DNA of 64,000 nucleotides, from the NCBI RefSeq assembly GCF_009914755.1, contig NC_060940.1. The stretch is one strand, 5' to 3'. A program made the position numbers and the translations under genes. The stretch comes from the human T2T-CHM13v2.0 reference genome, Homo sapiens. Each line of letters begins with the position of its first letter. Position 1 is the stretch's first letter. This document shows, piece by piece, positions 39,643 to 64,000 of the stretch. Under the pieces are notes generated by a model, which made no database searches, was not told where the DNA came from, and saw only the letters and a program-made list of their open reading frames with translations.

Positions 39643-40357
39643 CATCTGGTTCTTTTGATGTGGTTCCTGCCCTTATCGAGCCCTCAGCATAGTCTATTGG
39701 GGGAGGGGGTGACAGACAAATGCCATGTAGAACCATTCATCATGGGGAAGAACAGGGCATTGTAGGAACACAAAGAAGGACCCACTGGAGGCCATAGGAG
39801 GGTCATTTGAGCCAGCCAGGCTGAGAGTTGCGGGGAAGCAGGGAGTGGGGAGGTGGGGGATGTTAAGCAGGGTTTAGCCTATGCAAAGGCCAATGGGGCA
39901 GAACTTGTCTCTCAAAGAAGTGAACTAGCTTAATGGGACCCCAGTGCAAGTTAGAAAGTGGCTGGCAGCGTCATCAGGGGCCAGGAAGCAGAGACGTTGG
40001 AGGTCTGGAGGCATTCCTGAGACACTTGGAAAATTTAAAATAGCGTTTCCCCTCTGCGCAAAATCCTGGCATACCATGTAAATGTCAAGCTGCTCTAGGC
40101 TGGCCTCGCTAAGTCATCCGCCCTCCCGGAGCCATCAGGGGAACCAGCTGATCCTAGGAGTCCCTGGGCCCCGCTCCTGACACGTGAGTGAGACTCTGCA
40201 GTGGGTTTGTGCACACATGGGTGGCACGGGCTGTCGTTCTCCCAGTGCCGGAGAGGCCAGTCATTCTGAGGGTGAGTCCTCATGTGGAGGGGACACGGCT
40301 TCCCAGCCCAAAGGTACATCCAAGTGTGCAGAAGCAGGAACCAGTAAGAACTAGACC

Positions 40358-41057
<700 letters not shown>

Positions 41058-41527
41058 TCATGGCTGATTCATTGTTTAATCCCTGTGGATAAACCCTGTT
41101 CTGACAACTGAGGGGGAGTTACTCATTTATTCACCTGCCCAATAAGTATCTTCCAGAACCTAGCTCTCTGAAGGTAGAGCTTTGGGCTACGCACCTGCTG
41201 ATGTCCCCTGGGAGTGTAGATGTAGGTCCACTCACTCTGAGACTAGGGAGACCGGTACTTATGTGACTTAATCTCCCAGGGATATATAGAAAGATGGTTC
41301 CATTTTCCTATTTTATTTCCCTGGCACCTGGCCATTCACTCATTCCTTCCTCCTTTCATTCCTTTGAGAAATATTGGCTGAACGTCTACAATGTCCCAGG
41401 TGTTGTACAAGGCACCAGGGAATTCAGTGGTAAATGAAACCTACATAGAGACGGTGGCATTGAGACTGTAAACAAACAAACGCAGACATAATGTCCTATT
41501 CCAAACCATGACCAATGCTTCTGATAG

Positions 41528-41770
<243 letters not shown>

Positions 41771-41839
41771 TGATCCTCTTGCCTTGGCCTCCCAATGTGC
41801 TGGGATTATAGGTGTGAGCCACTGCACCTGGCTTCACTC

Positions 41840-42350
41840 TATATTTTTTTATTGTGATGAAATACACGTAACATAAAACTTCCCATTTAAGCATCTTAAG
41901 TGTACAGTTCAGTGGCATAAGTACATTCACGTTATTGTGCAACTGTCTCCACTGTCCATCTCCAGAACCCCTTCATCATCCCAAACCGGACTCTGTACCC
42001 ATGAAACACTAACTCTCCACTCCCTGCTCCCCACTGCTGCTATTAACCACTATTCTATTTGCTGTCTCTGCAAATTTGACCATTCTAGGTACCTCATAGA
42101 AGAGGAATCATACAATAGTTGTCCTTTTGTCTCTGGCTCGTTTCACTGGACACAATGTCTTCCAGGTTCAGCCGTGTCGTGGCAGGTGCCAGGTGCCTCA
42201 CTCCTCTTTAAAGCTGAAGAATACGTCATTGTATGACTCCATCACCTTTCATTTATCTGTTCATCTGTTGATGGACACGTGGGTGGTTTCCCCCTTTTGA
42301 TCATTGTGTAAATGATGCTGCTGTGAACATTTGTGTACAAATATCTGTTT
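41840..42350 (-). mobile_element. L1MB-type 3' end
   Basis: aagtgtacagttcagtggcat...ctgtacccat...ttgac.attctaggtacctcata...ctgttgatggacac. Confidence 0.8.
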
Positions 42351-43155
42351 TAAGTCTCCATTGGTTTGCTCTTGTCCATTAAGAAAAAATCAACAATGTG
42401 GTACCTGGCATTGTCCCTTTAATTGCTGCAGCAACTCCAGAGCCCACACTCTTAATGGCAGTGCTATGCTGTTGCTCATTCATTCGTCCTGTAAATGTCT
42501 ATTGAGTGTTGACTATGTGCTAGGCATTTTTGCAAAGCACTGCAAATTCAGGGATGTCAGGGGCTGGTGATGCTACTTCAGCAGTTGTGAGGTGTGAAGG
42601 AATAAAACAGGCATACATGAGTCAGCATCCTTTTCCTCTTTTTTTCTGAGAAAAACTGAGCCTCAGAGAGGTTGCTTTGAGAGCATCCAGCTGTCAAGTG
42701 GCAGAGCTGGGGTCACATGTTGACCCTGTGCTGTGTCTCTGCCCCTCCCCCACGCTCCGCCCTTGTCCTGTCACTGAGTCCAGGTGCCCTGGCTGCAGAT
42801 GCTGTTCTGACCCTGTGTCTCCATCTCATGTGTGTCCCGGGCTGGCTTTGCTGGGATGAGCAGTGGCTTTTCAGCTCCAGGGCCATCTGGGTACAGCTGC
42901 AATGATGGATTGTCTGCAACAGTCATGTCAGGGCTTCCCTTCATCAGCTGGGTGACACTGCTGCCATTGGATGGCTGATGACTCATTCAGCAAGCTCTAG
43001 TTGAGCACCCCTACGAAAAGTTGGGGGGTCTACCCCATGGCACAGTCTTCAGAAGTGAAAAGGAAGGAAGCACTGATGCACGATGCAACACAGATGGGCT
43101 GAAAACATTGTGCTGAGTGAGAGAGGTCAGAGGCAGAAGGCCATGTCTTATGTGA

Positions 43156-43299
<144 letters not shown>

Positions 43300-44056
43300 T
43301 GAGTAGCTGGGACTCCAGGTGCATGCCACCATGCCCAGCTAATGTTTTGTATTTTTAGTAGAGATGGGGTTTCGCCATGTTGACCAGGCTGGTCTTGAAC
43401 TCCTCACCTCAGGTGATCTGCCCCCTGAGGCCTCCCAAAGTGCTGGGATTACAGGTGTAAGCCACCTCACCAGGCCTTATATGACTTCATTTCTTGGAAC
43501 TATCCGGAGAAGGGAATACATAGACACAGAAAATAGATGAGTCGGATGAGTGGTTGTCTAGGACTGGGGTGGCAGGGGAGGGGGCGGAGATGGGGGTGAC
43601 TTCTGAAGGATACAGGGCTTCTTTTGAAGGTGATAAAAATATTCTGGAATAGGTATTGGTGATGGTTTTAAGTTCATGAATGTACTGAATGAAACACACT
43701 GGACTGCATACTTTATATTTTATTTTTTGAGACAGGGTCTCTCTGTTACCCAGGCTGGAGTGCAGTGGCAGGATCATAGCTCACTGCAATCTCAAGCCAT
43801 CCTCCCGCCCCAGCCTCCCGAGTAGCTGGGACCACAGGCACGCACCATCATGCCTGCCTAGTTTTTTATTTTTATTTTTAGAGATGAGGTCTTGCTATGT
43901 TGCCCAGGCTGGTCTTGAACGCCTGGGCTTAAGCGATTCTCCGACCTCGACCTCCCAAAGTGCTGGGATTACAGGGTGAGCCACCGTGCCTGGCCTGACC
44001 TGCATACTTAAAAAGGGTGGGTTATATGATATGATAATTATATTTTAATTTTTTAA

Positions 44057-45186
<1,130 letters not shown>

Positions 45187-46474
45187 TCAATTTTTTAAAA
45201 AAGAGTTGGAGGAGGTGAGTAGATTGATATCACATCTGTGCTGAGGTCCCCTAGACTTGCAGGGGGAAGGAAAGGGGTTGATAGGGAGACTCCTGAAGAG
45301 TATGACAGGCGATGGGGGCACCTTACTCAGTGGCTGCGTAGTGGCCAGGCCCCCAAATCAGCCCTGCAGAATAGAAAAGGGAAGGGAGAGCATTGGGCTG
45401 GAAGATGTTGGTGCAGCTTGGATATTCTTTCTGCATTCTTACTGGACGTTTTGGCGTAAGTGGCATTCCAGCTTCCTTTGAATTTGGATGAGGAAGAACA
45501 GGAAGGAAGGAAGGAGGGGAGGAGGGATCATCTGTCAAGTGATTAGCAGAAATAGCTTTTTGTACTTTACAGAATCTCACTCATTTTTAAAATTTAAATT
45601 TACTTAAATGGTGATGTAGAATGAACCATGTGCCAGGCACTGCTCTAAGCACATTGCATGAGCTGACTCCTTTATTCTTCTGACAAGTAGCAAGGTAGCT
45701 ACTTTTCTTACTTCCCCTTTTACACACAAAGGAATTAAGGAACTGAGAGCTTGATGATTTTTTCACACAGCTGATGAGAGGCAGAGCAGAGATCCCAACC
45801 CAGGCCCCAGAGCCCACTCTCTTAAGGGCGGTGCTATGCTGTTGTTCATTCATTCATCCTGTAAATGTCTATTGAGTGTGGACTATGTGCTAGGCATTTT
45901 GCAAAGCACTGCAAATTCAGGGATATCAGCGGCTGATGACCCTATTTCAGTAGTTGTGATGTATGAAGCAATAAAACAGGCCCACCTGAGTGCTAGTTGG
46001 GAGGTTCTATGATTATTGCACTTTACAAATGAAAGAGGGGTTACCCAGCCTGGAATTGGGCAAGTCTGGGTGGGAATTCAGGGCTATTTAGCTCCAGCCT
46101 CCCATCTCCAGATGCTAATTGTGTCAATATGGATTTTCCAGGATGGGGACCCGTAAGAGGCAGCCCTGCTTGGTCCCTGCCTGCCCCACTGTGGCCCTGC
46201 AGCTGTGGGCTCTGGGCTTTGGACCATCTCCTTTTCTGAGCAGGCAGGCTTGGATGTCCTCTCCAGCCACCTGGCAGAAGGGCTGTAACTGAATCCTTCT
46301 GTGGCCTTGTGTTCCTGAGAGCACCAAACCATGTGTTTGTTTAGCAGGGAGAGGCTCAGGTCTCATTTGTGGGTGGTCAAGCCAACTGTAGGGACAGGAG
46401 CCGGCAGCTGAGGCTCTTAGGCAGGGACAAAACTAGTGGTGTGAGCTGGTTTCCAACACAGAAAGGTCCCGTCA

Positions 46475-47035
<561 letters not shown>

Positions 47036-47289
47036 CTACCAAGGGCAACTTCATGCCAGGCTGTCATCTGGACCTCAACTGTGATGAGCTCATGTATATG
47101 TAAATCACGGAAAGTGGATGCATTTTAATGTGTGTGATGTGATTGACATGGGTAGGGCCCAGGACCTGTGAAGGCCTCACAACCATCCTGCGAAGAGAGG
47201 TGCTCTATAACCTTCCGGGGCTCCCTGGTCCCTTCTAGGTAAGGTCCCTCTCCACTTGGCAGGCGTTTGAATTTTATTCAGCCAGTGTT

Positions 47290-48515
<1,226 letters not shown>

Positions 48516-50614
48516 CTCAGCCAGTGTATTTAATATCTTCTCCAAGTCAGATGCAGGAAGGGGATCTTCAGGCAAAGAGGCTGGACCCTCAGAGGTGCCC
48601 ATGGTCAAGCTGGGGAGACAGACACATTTTCAAATGCATGGGGACTGTCTGAGGAACAAGGGCACAGGGAGGGTCAGAAATGGGTTGAGTATGAGCTGAG
48701 GGTATGAACCAGGCTTCCGTCCTGTGTGGGAGTGTCTTGAGTGTTGGGCTGTCCTTCAGAGATCAAGGCACTGTTTGGTTCTAGAAGCAACACAGTGCAC
48801 CAACCCCATGGTCTGACTGCAAGGGGGTCAAATTGCAGCTTGATCCCTCACAAGCTGTGCGACTATGGGCAAGTGACTTAAACTCTCTGAGTTTTGGCTT
48901 CTCCATCTGTCAAATGCGGAGGGTGAGCGCTACCTACTTCATCAGGAGCAGCACACGGTATGCAGTGAGCCCAGTGTATGCCTCGGCTATTGCCGTTACT
49001 GCAATGATGGTTAGGCTTGGGCAGCTGAAAATTGTCCAAATGTGTCCTTTTGGTACTCATCGGCACCTTTTGGTCATCTGAAATTAAAGGAAAGTTTTCT
49101 GCCTGACCAGCCACCCGCTATAAACATTCACCCCAGGAGAAGGCAAGGCAGTTCTCCCGGGGCCTGGAGATGAGGCATTGATTGTCCCTGGAGAGCCCTT
49201 GCGCTGGGAGGAGCTGCTTTTCTTGCTCCTGTGGTCATTTTCCCTGCAGCAGGAGGATGAGGTTTGAAAGCAGCAGACAGAACCTGAGGTTGGTTTCTGC
49301 CGAGGTCCCTCCATCCCCTTCCCTGCATCCCCTTCTCTGCCATCCAGGGAGGTGAACCTCCTTCTCATGCCCCACCGGCCCCATCCTCAGCCCACCCCGA
49401 TCCTCACTTCTCCAGGTCCCCTGCTTTGCGAGTTACAGGCCAGTGGGACTCAGCATTTCCAAGCCACCGATGCTTGTGATGTAGCCAGAGATTCTGAGGC
49501 AGGACACAGTGATTCAGGGTTGTCGTCTGGGTCAGACAGGCTCATGCGCCAATCCCACCACTCCCCGGCCATGTGCTGCTGGGCGAGTCACTCTGTCTTC
49601 CTGAGCCTCAACTTGCTCATCTGTAAAATGGGGAAATGCTAGTTCCCATCTCACCAGGGCATTGTAAGGATGAAGCGAGGCAGTTAACACTTTATAAAGT
49701 CCTTAACAACAGTGTCCAACAATCGTGAAAGTCCTCTGATGCTGGACAACTGGCTCTGGGATGGACGCCTTCCAGACGGAGCCTCAGCTCGAATGTCCCC
49801 CCGAAACATGTGGCTCTGTCACTGGATACTGGGAGAAGTACCTTCCTTTCCTTTCGAAGTCAGAGAAAGTCATGCCCCAGCAGACCAGCCTCCCCTCCGC
49901 GCCTGTTATCTGGGGGCTCCAGACCGGGCCTTTCTAACAAGAGGTTTGTTAGGATGGGAAGTGAGTCAGGAACTCTGGCCTTTGACTGGCTGCGTGTGCT
50001 GAGTCTGTGGCTTTATCCCCTCCCTGACACCCTCCTTGAGGCTCTTTGGGCCAAGTGCGTGTTATGTTCTTCTTTGCTGGTTAGCATTGTTAGCGCCAAG
50101 GGTGTGCCGAGGACCAAGCCCGGCACAGGTATGAGGTTGTGCTTTGGAAAAGCAGGCGATCCTCCTTCACAAGTCTCCTGTTACAAGGCACGATAAACGC
50201 TTTCAAAGAAATAAAATGGTAAAAGGAAGGAGAACTGAGGAAGAGGCAGTCGTGCCTAGGAGGGGGAAGGGAGGGTGTCCCGGGAAGAAGGACCAGCATG
50301 GATGAGGCCCTGAAGCCTGAGCGTCTCCTTGGCCCAAATCCAGGCCTCCTACCCCTCCAGAAAGCCCCATGTCTCATGCCTCCCATCCCCTTCACTGTCA
50401 AGAAATTGATCAGCGTTCCAAGCATCTGGAACAGCAAGTGCAAAGTCCCCATGGCAGGGACACGTCGATGTATTGTTCTAAACGCAGCAAAGCTGGCGTG
50501 GCTGGAGCCAGATGAGGGGGCTGGGATGGGAGGTGGGTGGGCAGGGCAGATCACACAGGGCCCGAGGACCACCATAAAGAGTGCAGGGTTTATTCTCGGC
50601 ATCAAGGCCCGTTC

Positions 50615-50910
50615 TTTCTTTCTTTATTTATTTATTTGAGATGGAGTCTTGCTCTGTCGCCCACGCTGGAGTGCAGTGGTGCGATCTCCGCTCACTGCAA
50701 TCTCTGCCTCCCTAGTAGCTGGGATTACAGGCATGCACCAGCACGTCTAGCTAATTGGTTTTTTTTTTTTTTTTTTTTTTTTTGTATTTTTAGAAGAGAT
50801 GGGGTTTCACCATATTGGCCAGGCTGGTCTTGAACTCCTGACCTCAAATGATCCATCCACCTCGGCCTCCCAAAGTGCTGGGATTACAGGTGTGAGCCAC
50901 CGCGCCTGGT
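50615..50910 (-). mobile_element. AluS with internal deletion
   Basis: TSD tcaaggcc(c/t)gttct. Confidence 0.8.
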
Positions 50911-52399
50911 CTCGTCAAGGCCTGTTCTGTGTATATCCTCCCCCGAAATCATTTCGTTTGGGAAACAGGAGGGAGACTGAGCAGTAGAAGGAAGGGGAGA
51001 AGGTCAGGGGTGGTGTGGCCGCTGCCTGGCAGGATTCTGAAGGACAGAGGGTGGAAAAGGGAGGAGAAGATGTGACCGCTTGGCCCGGGGGGACAGTGCC
51101 TGGCTCTGTTTCTGAGCTGCCCATGACAACAAGCCCAGCTGCTGAGCAAACGGTTCTTGGAGGGAGTGGGGACTGGGCCCAACTGGGATTCAAATCCAGG
51201 TTCACCATCCCGTGCTGTGTGACTTGGGGTAAATTAGTGAGCCTCTCTGGGCAAGTACATGAGACATATACGCACTTTCCAAATGATGAAACAGGCCCAG
51301 AGAAAGGAAGGGGCTTGCCTCGCTGGAAGGAGGTGGAGCTGGACTTCTAACCAGGCAGTCTGAACCCCTCCAGCCTCCACTGGCTTTACTCTGCTCTCTG
51401 TCCTCCGTGGGGAGATGATTTCCTTTGAAAGTGGGTCCAGCGTGGCTGAGATCTACAGGGCAGACACAGTTCTCAGGGGGTCTCCTTGCCAGCTCGCTGA
51501 GTCCAGACCCCAGGATCCCCATGGTGCATTCTCTGGGGGAACGAGGCCTCCCTATTCCAACGCTGATGTGTTTGTCGCAGCAACTGACATGGAGATATGG
51601 CAGGAGGCAGCTCTGTCCTCCTGGCCCTGGTGGAGGACAGGCAGGCTGGCCTTGCCCAGCCTGGGGTGACACCAAGGGCTCCTGGGCATGTATCCATTTC
51701 TTCCTCGGCCCCCCCCTCCCCCCGCCTCTCTTCCTGGGAGCCAGGAGGGAAGGGGGAGGAGGTGTCTGTCCTCAGATGCCGGCACTATTTTTGGAGCCTG
51801 CCTTGATCCCAATTCCGGGGCACGTGGGCTGTGACAGGCGCTAGGAGCAGACCCCGCTGGAATAAGGAATAAGGTCAGCCACAGATGCTGGGATACGCCC
51901 CCACCACCCTGACCCTGGCCCTTCTAGAACTGGGCACGGACCCTTGCCCTCCCTGAGCGTAGGTTCATGGGCTTGGGGGCCCCTCAAGCTACCTTCACCC
52001 AGCTCTACACCCCCGCCTGGGAGGACCTCCGCCCGCACAGAAGCAAGCAGCCCCAGCACAGAGCCTGGGGCTGACCTGAATTGGCTCCGAGGACAGTGAG
52101 GGGCCCTTCCCTGTGAAGGGCACAGTGGCATGGAATCCAGCTTAACCTCCTGTGCTCGTGGCCAAATCCTGTGTGAGACACACGGAGAGACTGTGGAGGA
52201 AATAATCCTGGCCATCCCTTCTCCAGCACCCACAGCAGTTTGCTCAGTTCTCAGGACGACTGTGTGCAACAGGGCACTGAGAGGTTAAGTAACCCACCCA
52301 AGGTCACACAGCTTGTAAGTGGTAGAGCTGGGATTTGTACCCAGGCAGGGCTCGAGTCTGTGCTGTCAGCCAGGGTGAGACCCTCTAATGGCTCACAGG

Positions 52400-56752
<4,353 letters not shown>

Positions 56753-56982
56753 TGAGAAATACCTTATTTTAAAATGTCCCCAGAGTCCCTGTGCTTCCTT
56801 CTGAGGGCAAAAACTCAAATGCAGAGGCAAAACTTATGTGCCAAATCATTGTCCAGGCTCTGCTGTGTTGGGCTCTAACAGGTGCTAGCTGGTGGAACGA
56901 TTGTTGGTAATGACGGCAAAATCCCTGCCCCTTCCAGTGGCCAGGGCTGCCTTTCCCGTCTGATAAGTGACACAGCAGATAA

Positions 56983-57321
<339 letters not shown>

Positions 57322-57559
57322 TGAGTTGATATTTGGATGGAGGTTCCAGGATGAGGGTGGCGGGACCAGGGCCCAGGAGGGGCGAGGGCTGGAAGGCTGG
57401 GCTGGGGAGTAGCGGGAACTGGGCGGGGTTCGCGGGGCCAGGGCCGGAGCTGGGTGGTGAAGATGGGTTGGCGGCAGGGCGGAAGTCGGGGGTTGGTGTC
57501 CTGGGTCCGGGCTGGGTGGGCGGTGGCGCAAGGGACCTGGGACTCAGGGCAGGGGGTGA

Positions 57560-58225
<666 letters not shown>

Positions 58226-59261
58226 TAAGTTCTACGTAAATGTTACCTTTGACTATAATTAATAATAATCATAATTATTCTCTAGTATATACTGATTGAG
58301 CACCTACTATGTGCCAGGCACCCTGCCAAGTGATGAGCACCCAGCAGTGGACCAGGCTGCCTGACCACTGCCCTCACGGAGGGTCCATTCCAGTGGAACA
58401 AAACGGAATCAGTGTGTGTGCATTTGTCACAGCTAAGGCTGGATCCAGCAGGGAGATGTGTGGGAGTCAGAGAAGGTGGTAGGGGCACTGAAGCTGAGTG
58501 CTGAAGGATGAGAGGAGCTGCTCATGGAGGACTGGGAACAGCATTTTGGGGGTGGGAACAGCATGAGTGAGGTCTGCCAAGGTGAGGCCATGGGGCCTAG
58601 ATCTTGATGACTTTAGAGGCTGGAATGAGGCACCTGCAGGCATTCACTGATGGGACCCAGCTCTGCCACTTTCTTGCTGAGTGACGTTGGGCCACACTGT
58701 CTGTATCTGTAAAATCGGGACATTGGCAGATCCTGCCTTGCTGGATCGTTTTCACGATGATAACTCCAGGATAGCAATGGTAGACCATTGTACGTGTTTT
58801 TTTTTTTTGTTTGTTTGTTTGTTTTGTTTTTTTTTTGTTTGTTTTTTTGAGAGACAGTCTCGCTCTGTGGCCCAGGCTGGAGTGCACTGGCATAATCTTG
58901 GCTCACTGCAACCTCCGCCTCCTTGTTAAAAGGATTCTCTTGCCTCAGATTCTCACGCCTCAGATTCCCGTGTAGGTGGGATTACAGGCATGTGCCACCA
59001 CATCCGGCTGATTTTTGTATTTTTAGTAGAGATAGGGTTTCTCCATGTTGGCCAGGCTATTCTCAAACTCCTGGCTTCAAGTGATCCACCCACCTTGGCC
59101 TTCCAAAGTGCTGGGATTACAGACATGAGCCACCGTACCCGGCTCCATTGCCTTTTCTTTCTACGCCTCCAACTCCTCTTGGGTCCTCCAGGAGCTTGGG
59201 CTCAGGGTGTTCAGATCTTCTGGGGAGGGGCAAGCAACAGTTGTTGAAACCCCTCTTAGTG

Positions 59262-59445
59262 TGTGTGGTGTTTCTCAGAATGAGTTCTATCAATAGCTGA
59301 GTCAGCAGCACCTGGGGCTGCTTGCGAAATGCAGATTCCTGGGCCCCAACCTGGAAGTGTCTAGGGGCAGGCCCAGGAATCTGCATATTTTAACAGACTC
59401 CTTGGTAATGTTTCTGCCCACAGACGTTTGAGGAGGACTAGGTCT
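59262..59445. mobile_element. MER5A
   Basis: cagcacctgggg...aaatgcagattcctgggcccca...ggcccaggaatctgcat.ttttaaca. Confidence 0.8.
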
Positions 59446-59588
59446 GGATCCATAAAGGAGCTCTGCCAATGAAGTTTTCTTTTTGCAAACATACAGATCT
59501 ATAAATGTTTATTGATATATAAGGATATGTAATATATCTTTATATAGATAACATATAATATACAACTATTTAAAAAATCTATATCTAA

Positions 59589-59976
<388 letters not shown>

Positions 59977-60246
59977 TAACTAATTTTCTATGTATGTGTA
60001 TAATATTGAAAGGGCAGGGCTGCAGATTTGAGACCCACATTCTCCCGGCTTCTCATGAGAAGGCTTTTTGTTCCCTGACAGTTTGAACTTTGCATCGTTC
60101 TCTGGGTGGGGGCCCCTTGGTCCTGCTACCCCATCCAGGGTTGCCAGGCTTGATCTGCTTTCCACTGCAGGCTCTGCCTGGGCCCAGGTCAGTGGGAGAG
60201 CCCTAGGGGAGGGCAGGGTGCCCCCGACATTGAGTCCCTGGCATGA

Positions 60247-60411
<165 letters not shown>

Positions 60412-61110
60412 TAGTTACTGGAGGAAGGTGCACACACCTGCTCTGCCATCAACAGCTGCATGACCCCTGGCAAGACCCTTACCCTTCCTGGGCTCAGTGT
60501 TATCTGTTAAATGGGTACTCTAGTAATGACCAAATCACCACGAGATAATGGATGGAAAGTAACTGGTCTGTAACAGGGGCACCCTAATCCTCGCTCTGGC
60601 ACCATGAGATGTCCAGGCTTATGTGGTGAATTATCTGGACAACAGATAATTCTGTGGTGCTTTTTTTTTTTTTTTTTTTTTTTTTAGATAAAATGATCAT
60701 TGCTTGCTCTAAAGACCTCAGATCCATCCCTGAGTAAAAACCCGTTCTTGTGATGAAACAGATGAAATTAACTTTAATAACAAATTTTTAAACAATGTGT
60801 TATCAATATAAAACTTAATTCTCCGAGGTTGGAGGCCCAGTTGAGCCCAGGAATTTCAGAGCAGTCTAGGCAACATAGTGGACTCCATCTCTAAAAAAAT
60901 AAAATAAAATAAAATTAGGTGGGTGTGGTGGTGTGTGCCTATAGTCCCAGCTGCTCAGGAGGCTGAGGCAGGAGGATCTCTTGATCCTGGGAGGTTGGGG
61001 CTGCAGTGCGCTGAGATGACACTACTGCACTCCAGCCTGGGCAACACAGCAAGACACTGTCTCAAAAAAAATAAACAAAAACAAAAACAACCCCCAACCC
61101 AAAAAACTGA

Positions 61111-61680
<570 letters not shown>

Positions 61681-62745
61681 TGAGTGCTTTTCTCTCTCTC
61701 CATCCTGGTCCAAGAGCAGAACTCATTTGTTTCTTTTCTTTTCTCTTTTCTTTTCTTTTCTTTTTTGAGACGGAGTCCCCCTATGTCGCCCAGGCTGGAG
61801 CGCAGTAGCACGATCTCGGCTCCCTGCAACCTCCGCCCCCCGGGTTCAAGTGATTCTTCTGCCTCAGCCTCCCAAGTAGCTGGGATTACAGGCATCTGCC
61901 ACCACACCCGGCCAATTTTTTGTATTTTTAGCAGAGATGGGGTTTCACCATGTTGGTCAGGCTGGTCTCAAACTCCTGAGCTCAAGTGATCTGCTTGCCT
62001 TGGCCTCCCAAAGTGCTGGGATTACAGGCGTAAGCCGTTGCACCCGGCAAAAACTCATTTATTTCTAGATCAGGAATTAACCTCTGGTGCCTTGACATTG
62101 CCTCTTTCTCTGGTTTTACTATTTACTAACTTAGCAATTATTATGAATTTACTAATTATTACGATTGCTATTGCTATTTTAAATTATACGAGTAATGCAT
62201 GATCATGGTAGAAAAAAATTCAAACTGTAAGGAAGATGTAAGAAGTACGATTCTTTTCCTCTCCCTAAAGGCTAACAATAGTTTTGTGTTTCTATGTCCT
62301 GAAGCTGTTTAGGTGCATATATGCACATAAAATGTATATGTACCCACACACATATGTGTGTACATGCATACATACATGTGTGTCTTATGTTGAATACGTG
62401 AGAACATATACATTCCATTTGATATTTTGCTTTTTTTTCACTTACTAATGTTGCCTGAAAAACTTTCTGTATCAGTGCCTATGTCTTCTTTTCATACTTC
62501 ATAGTATGGTGTGGTTGCACCATAACTAATTTATTAATAAATATTAATTATTTATTTAGAGACAGGGTCTTGCTCTGTTGCCCAGGTTGGTATGCAGTGG
62601 TGCAATCGTGTCTCTCTGTAACCTTGAAATCCTGGGCTCAAACGATCCTCCTGCCCCAGCTTCCTGAGTAGCTGGGACTATATAGGCACAGGCCACCATG
62701 TCTAGATAATTTATTTTTACTTTTATTTTATTTTTAATTAATTAA

Positions 62746-62910
<165 letters not shown>

Positions 62911-63734
62911 TAAATCTTTAGTGGAGACAGGGTTTCACCATGTTGACCAGGCTGGTCTTGAACTCCTGACCTCAGGTGATCCACCTGCCTTGGCTTCCCA
63001 CAGTGCTGGAATTACATGTGAGCCACTGCCCATGGCCTTGATTATTTTGAATTAGTCTATTTAGCTAGTTCCCTATTGAAGGAAACAACCCTATTTAGGT
63101 CGTTTCAGTTTTTAAAAATACAAACAACATGGTACATGTGAGTACTTAAGAATTTTTTTAAAATGTCTGTAAGTATATACAAAGCATAACATTTTAAAAG
63201 TGGAATTGCTGGTTCAAAGTTTACATGCAAGTAAAATTTTGGTAGATTTAACCATTAGGCTTCCAATGAGGTTGTACCAATCATTGTTCCCACTGAATGT
63301 GTAATTGCATCTATTCCTGACTTCACTCCAGCTCCCCACAAAAGTCTTAGTAAACATCTCAAACTTCTGAAAGGGAATAAAAGTAGTCACTTGTTGATTA
63401 GTGACAAGTTTTTTCATTATGAGCAAGATCAGGCATGATTTTTCATGTTTAGTGACCGTTTTCCTTTTTTTTTTTTTTTTTTAATAATACATACTTGTTC
63501 TTGTCCTTTGTCCATTTTCTTATTTGCCCATTGCTTTCTTATTGGTTTGTAAGAGCTCTTTGTATATGAAGGCAACTAGCCTTTTGTCACAGTTCAAGCT
63601 TTTATGGACATGGAAAATGTTTACAATATAATGTTAAAAGGAAAAATCCTAGGATACAAATTGTATGTACACCACAAATCCAGTTCTAGCCATGTGTAAG
63701 ATGTGTACTCAGGTTGATAATGTTTTTCCTTTAG

Positions 63735-63999
<265 letters not shown>

Positions 64000-64000
64000 T

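Overview
Human genomic DNA (Alu-dense, with a copy carrying AluYa5 diagnostics), recognisable as the head-to-head PPL / SEC14L5 locus (16p13.3, from gene identity). The minus strand holds the CpG-island promoter and first coding exon of periplakin (MNSLFRKRNKGKYSPTVQTRS..., 6519-6580); bases 1-6518 are PPL intron 1. The plus strand holds the SEC14L5 GC-box promoter (~27.3-27.9 kb), non-coding exon 1, and coding exons 2-6 (222 codons + 1 nt, covering the PRELI/MSF1 domain); the gene continues past the window. The rest is mostly Alu, L1M/L1PB, L2, MIR, MLT1 and MER repeats plus a Y3 RNA pseudogene, and almost all ORFs in the supplied track are spurious. I see no wholly new gene system. Best leads: (1) a stop-free, in-frame SEC14L5 5' leader in which two competing exon-1 donors would give either an 81-aa N-terminal extension or a uORF ending 2 nt before the main ATG; (2) a MER85 piggyBac MITE ~1.2 kb upstream of the PPL ATG with a near-intact CSB-PGBD3 palindrome; (3) an AP-1/GRHL motif cluster upstream of PPL; (4) a multi-template insertion inside an old L1; (5) a young AluYa5 forming tight inverted Alu pairs; (6) a candidate poison exon. 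Repeat boundaries were judged by eye and are approximate.
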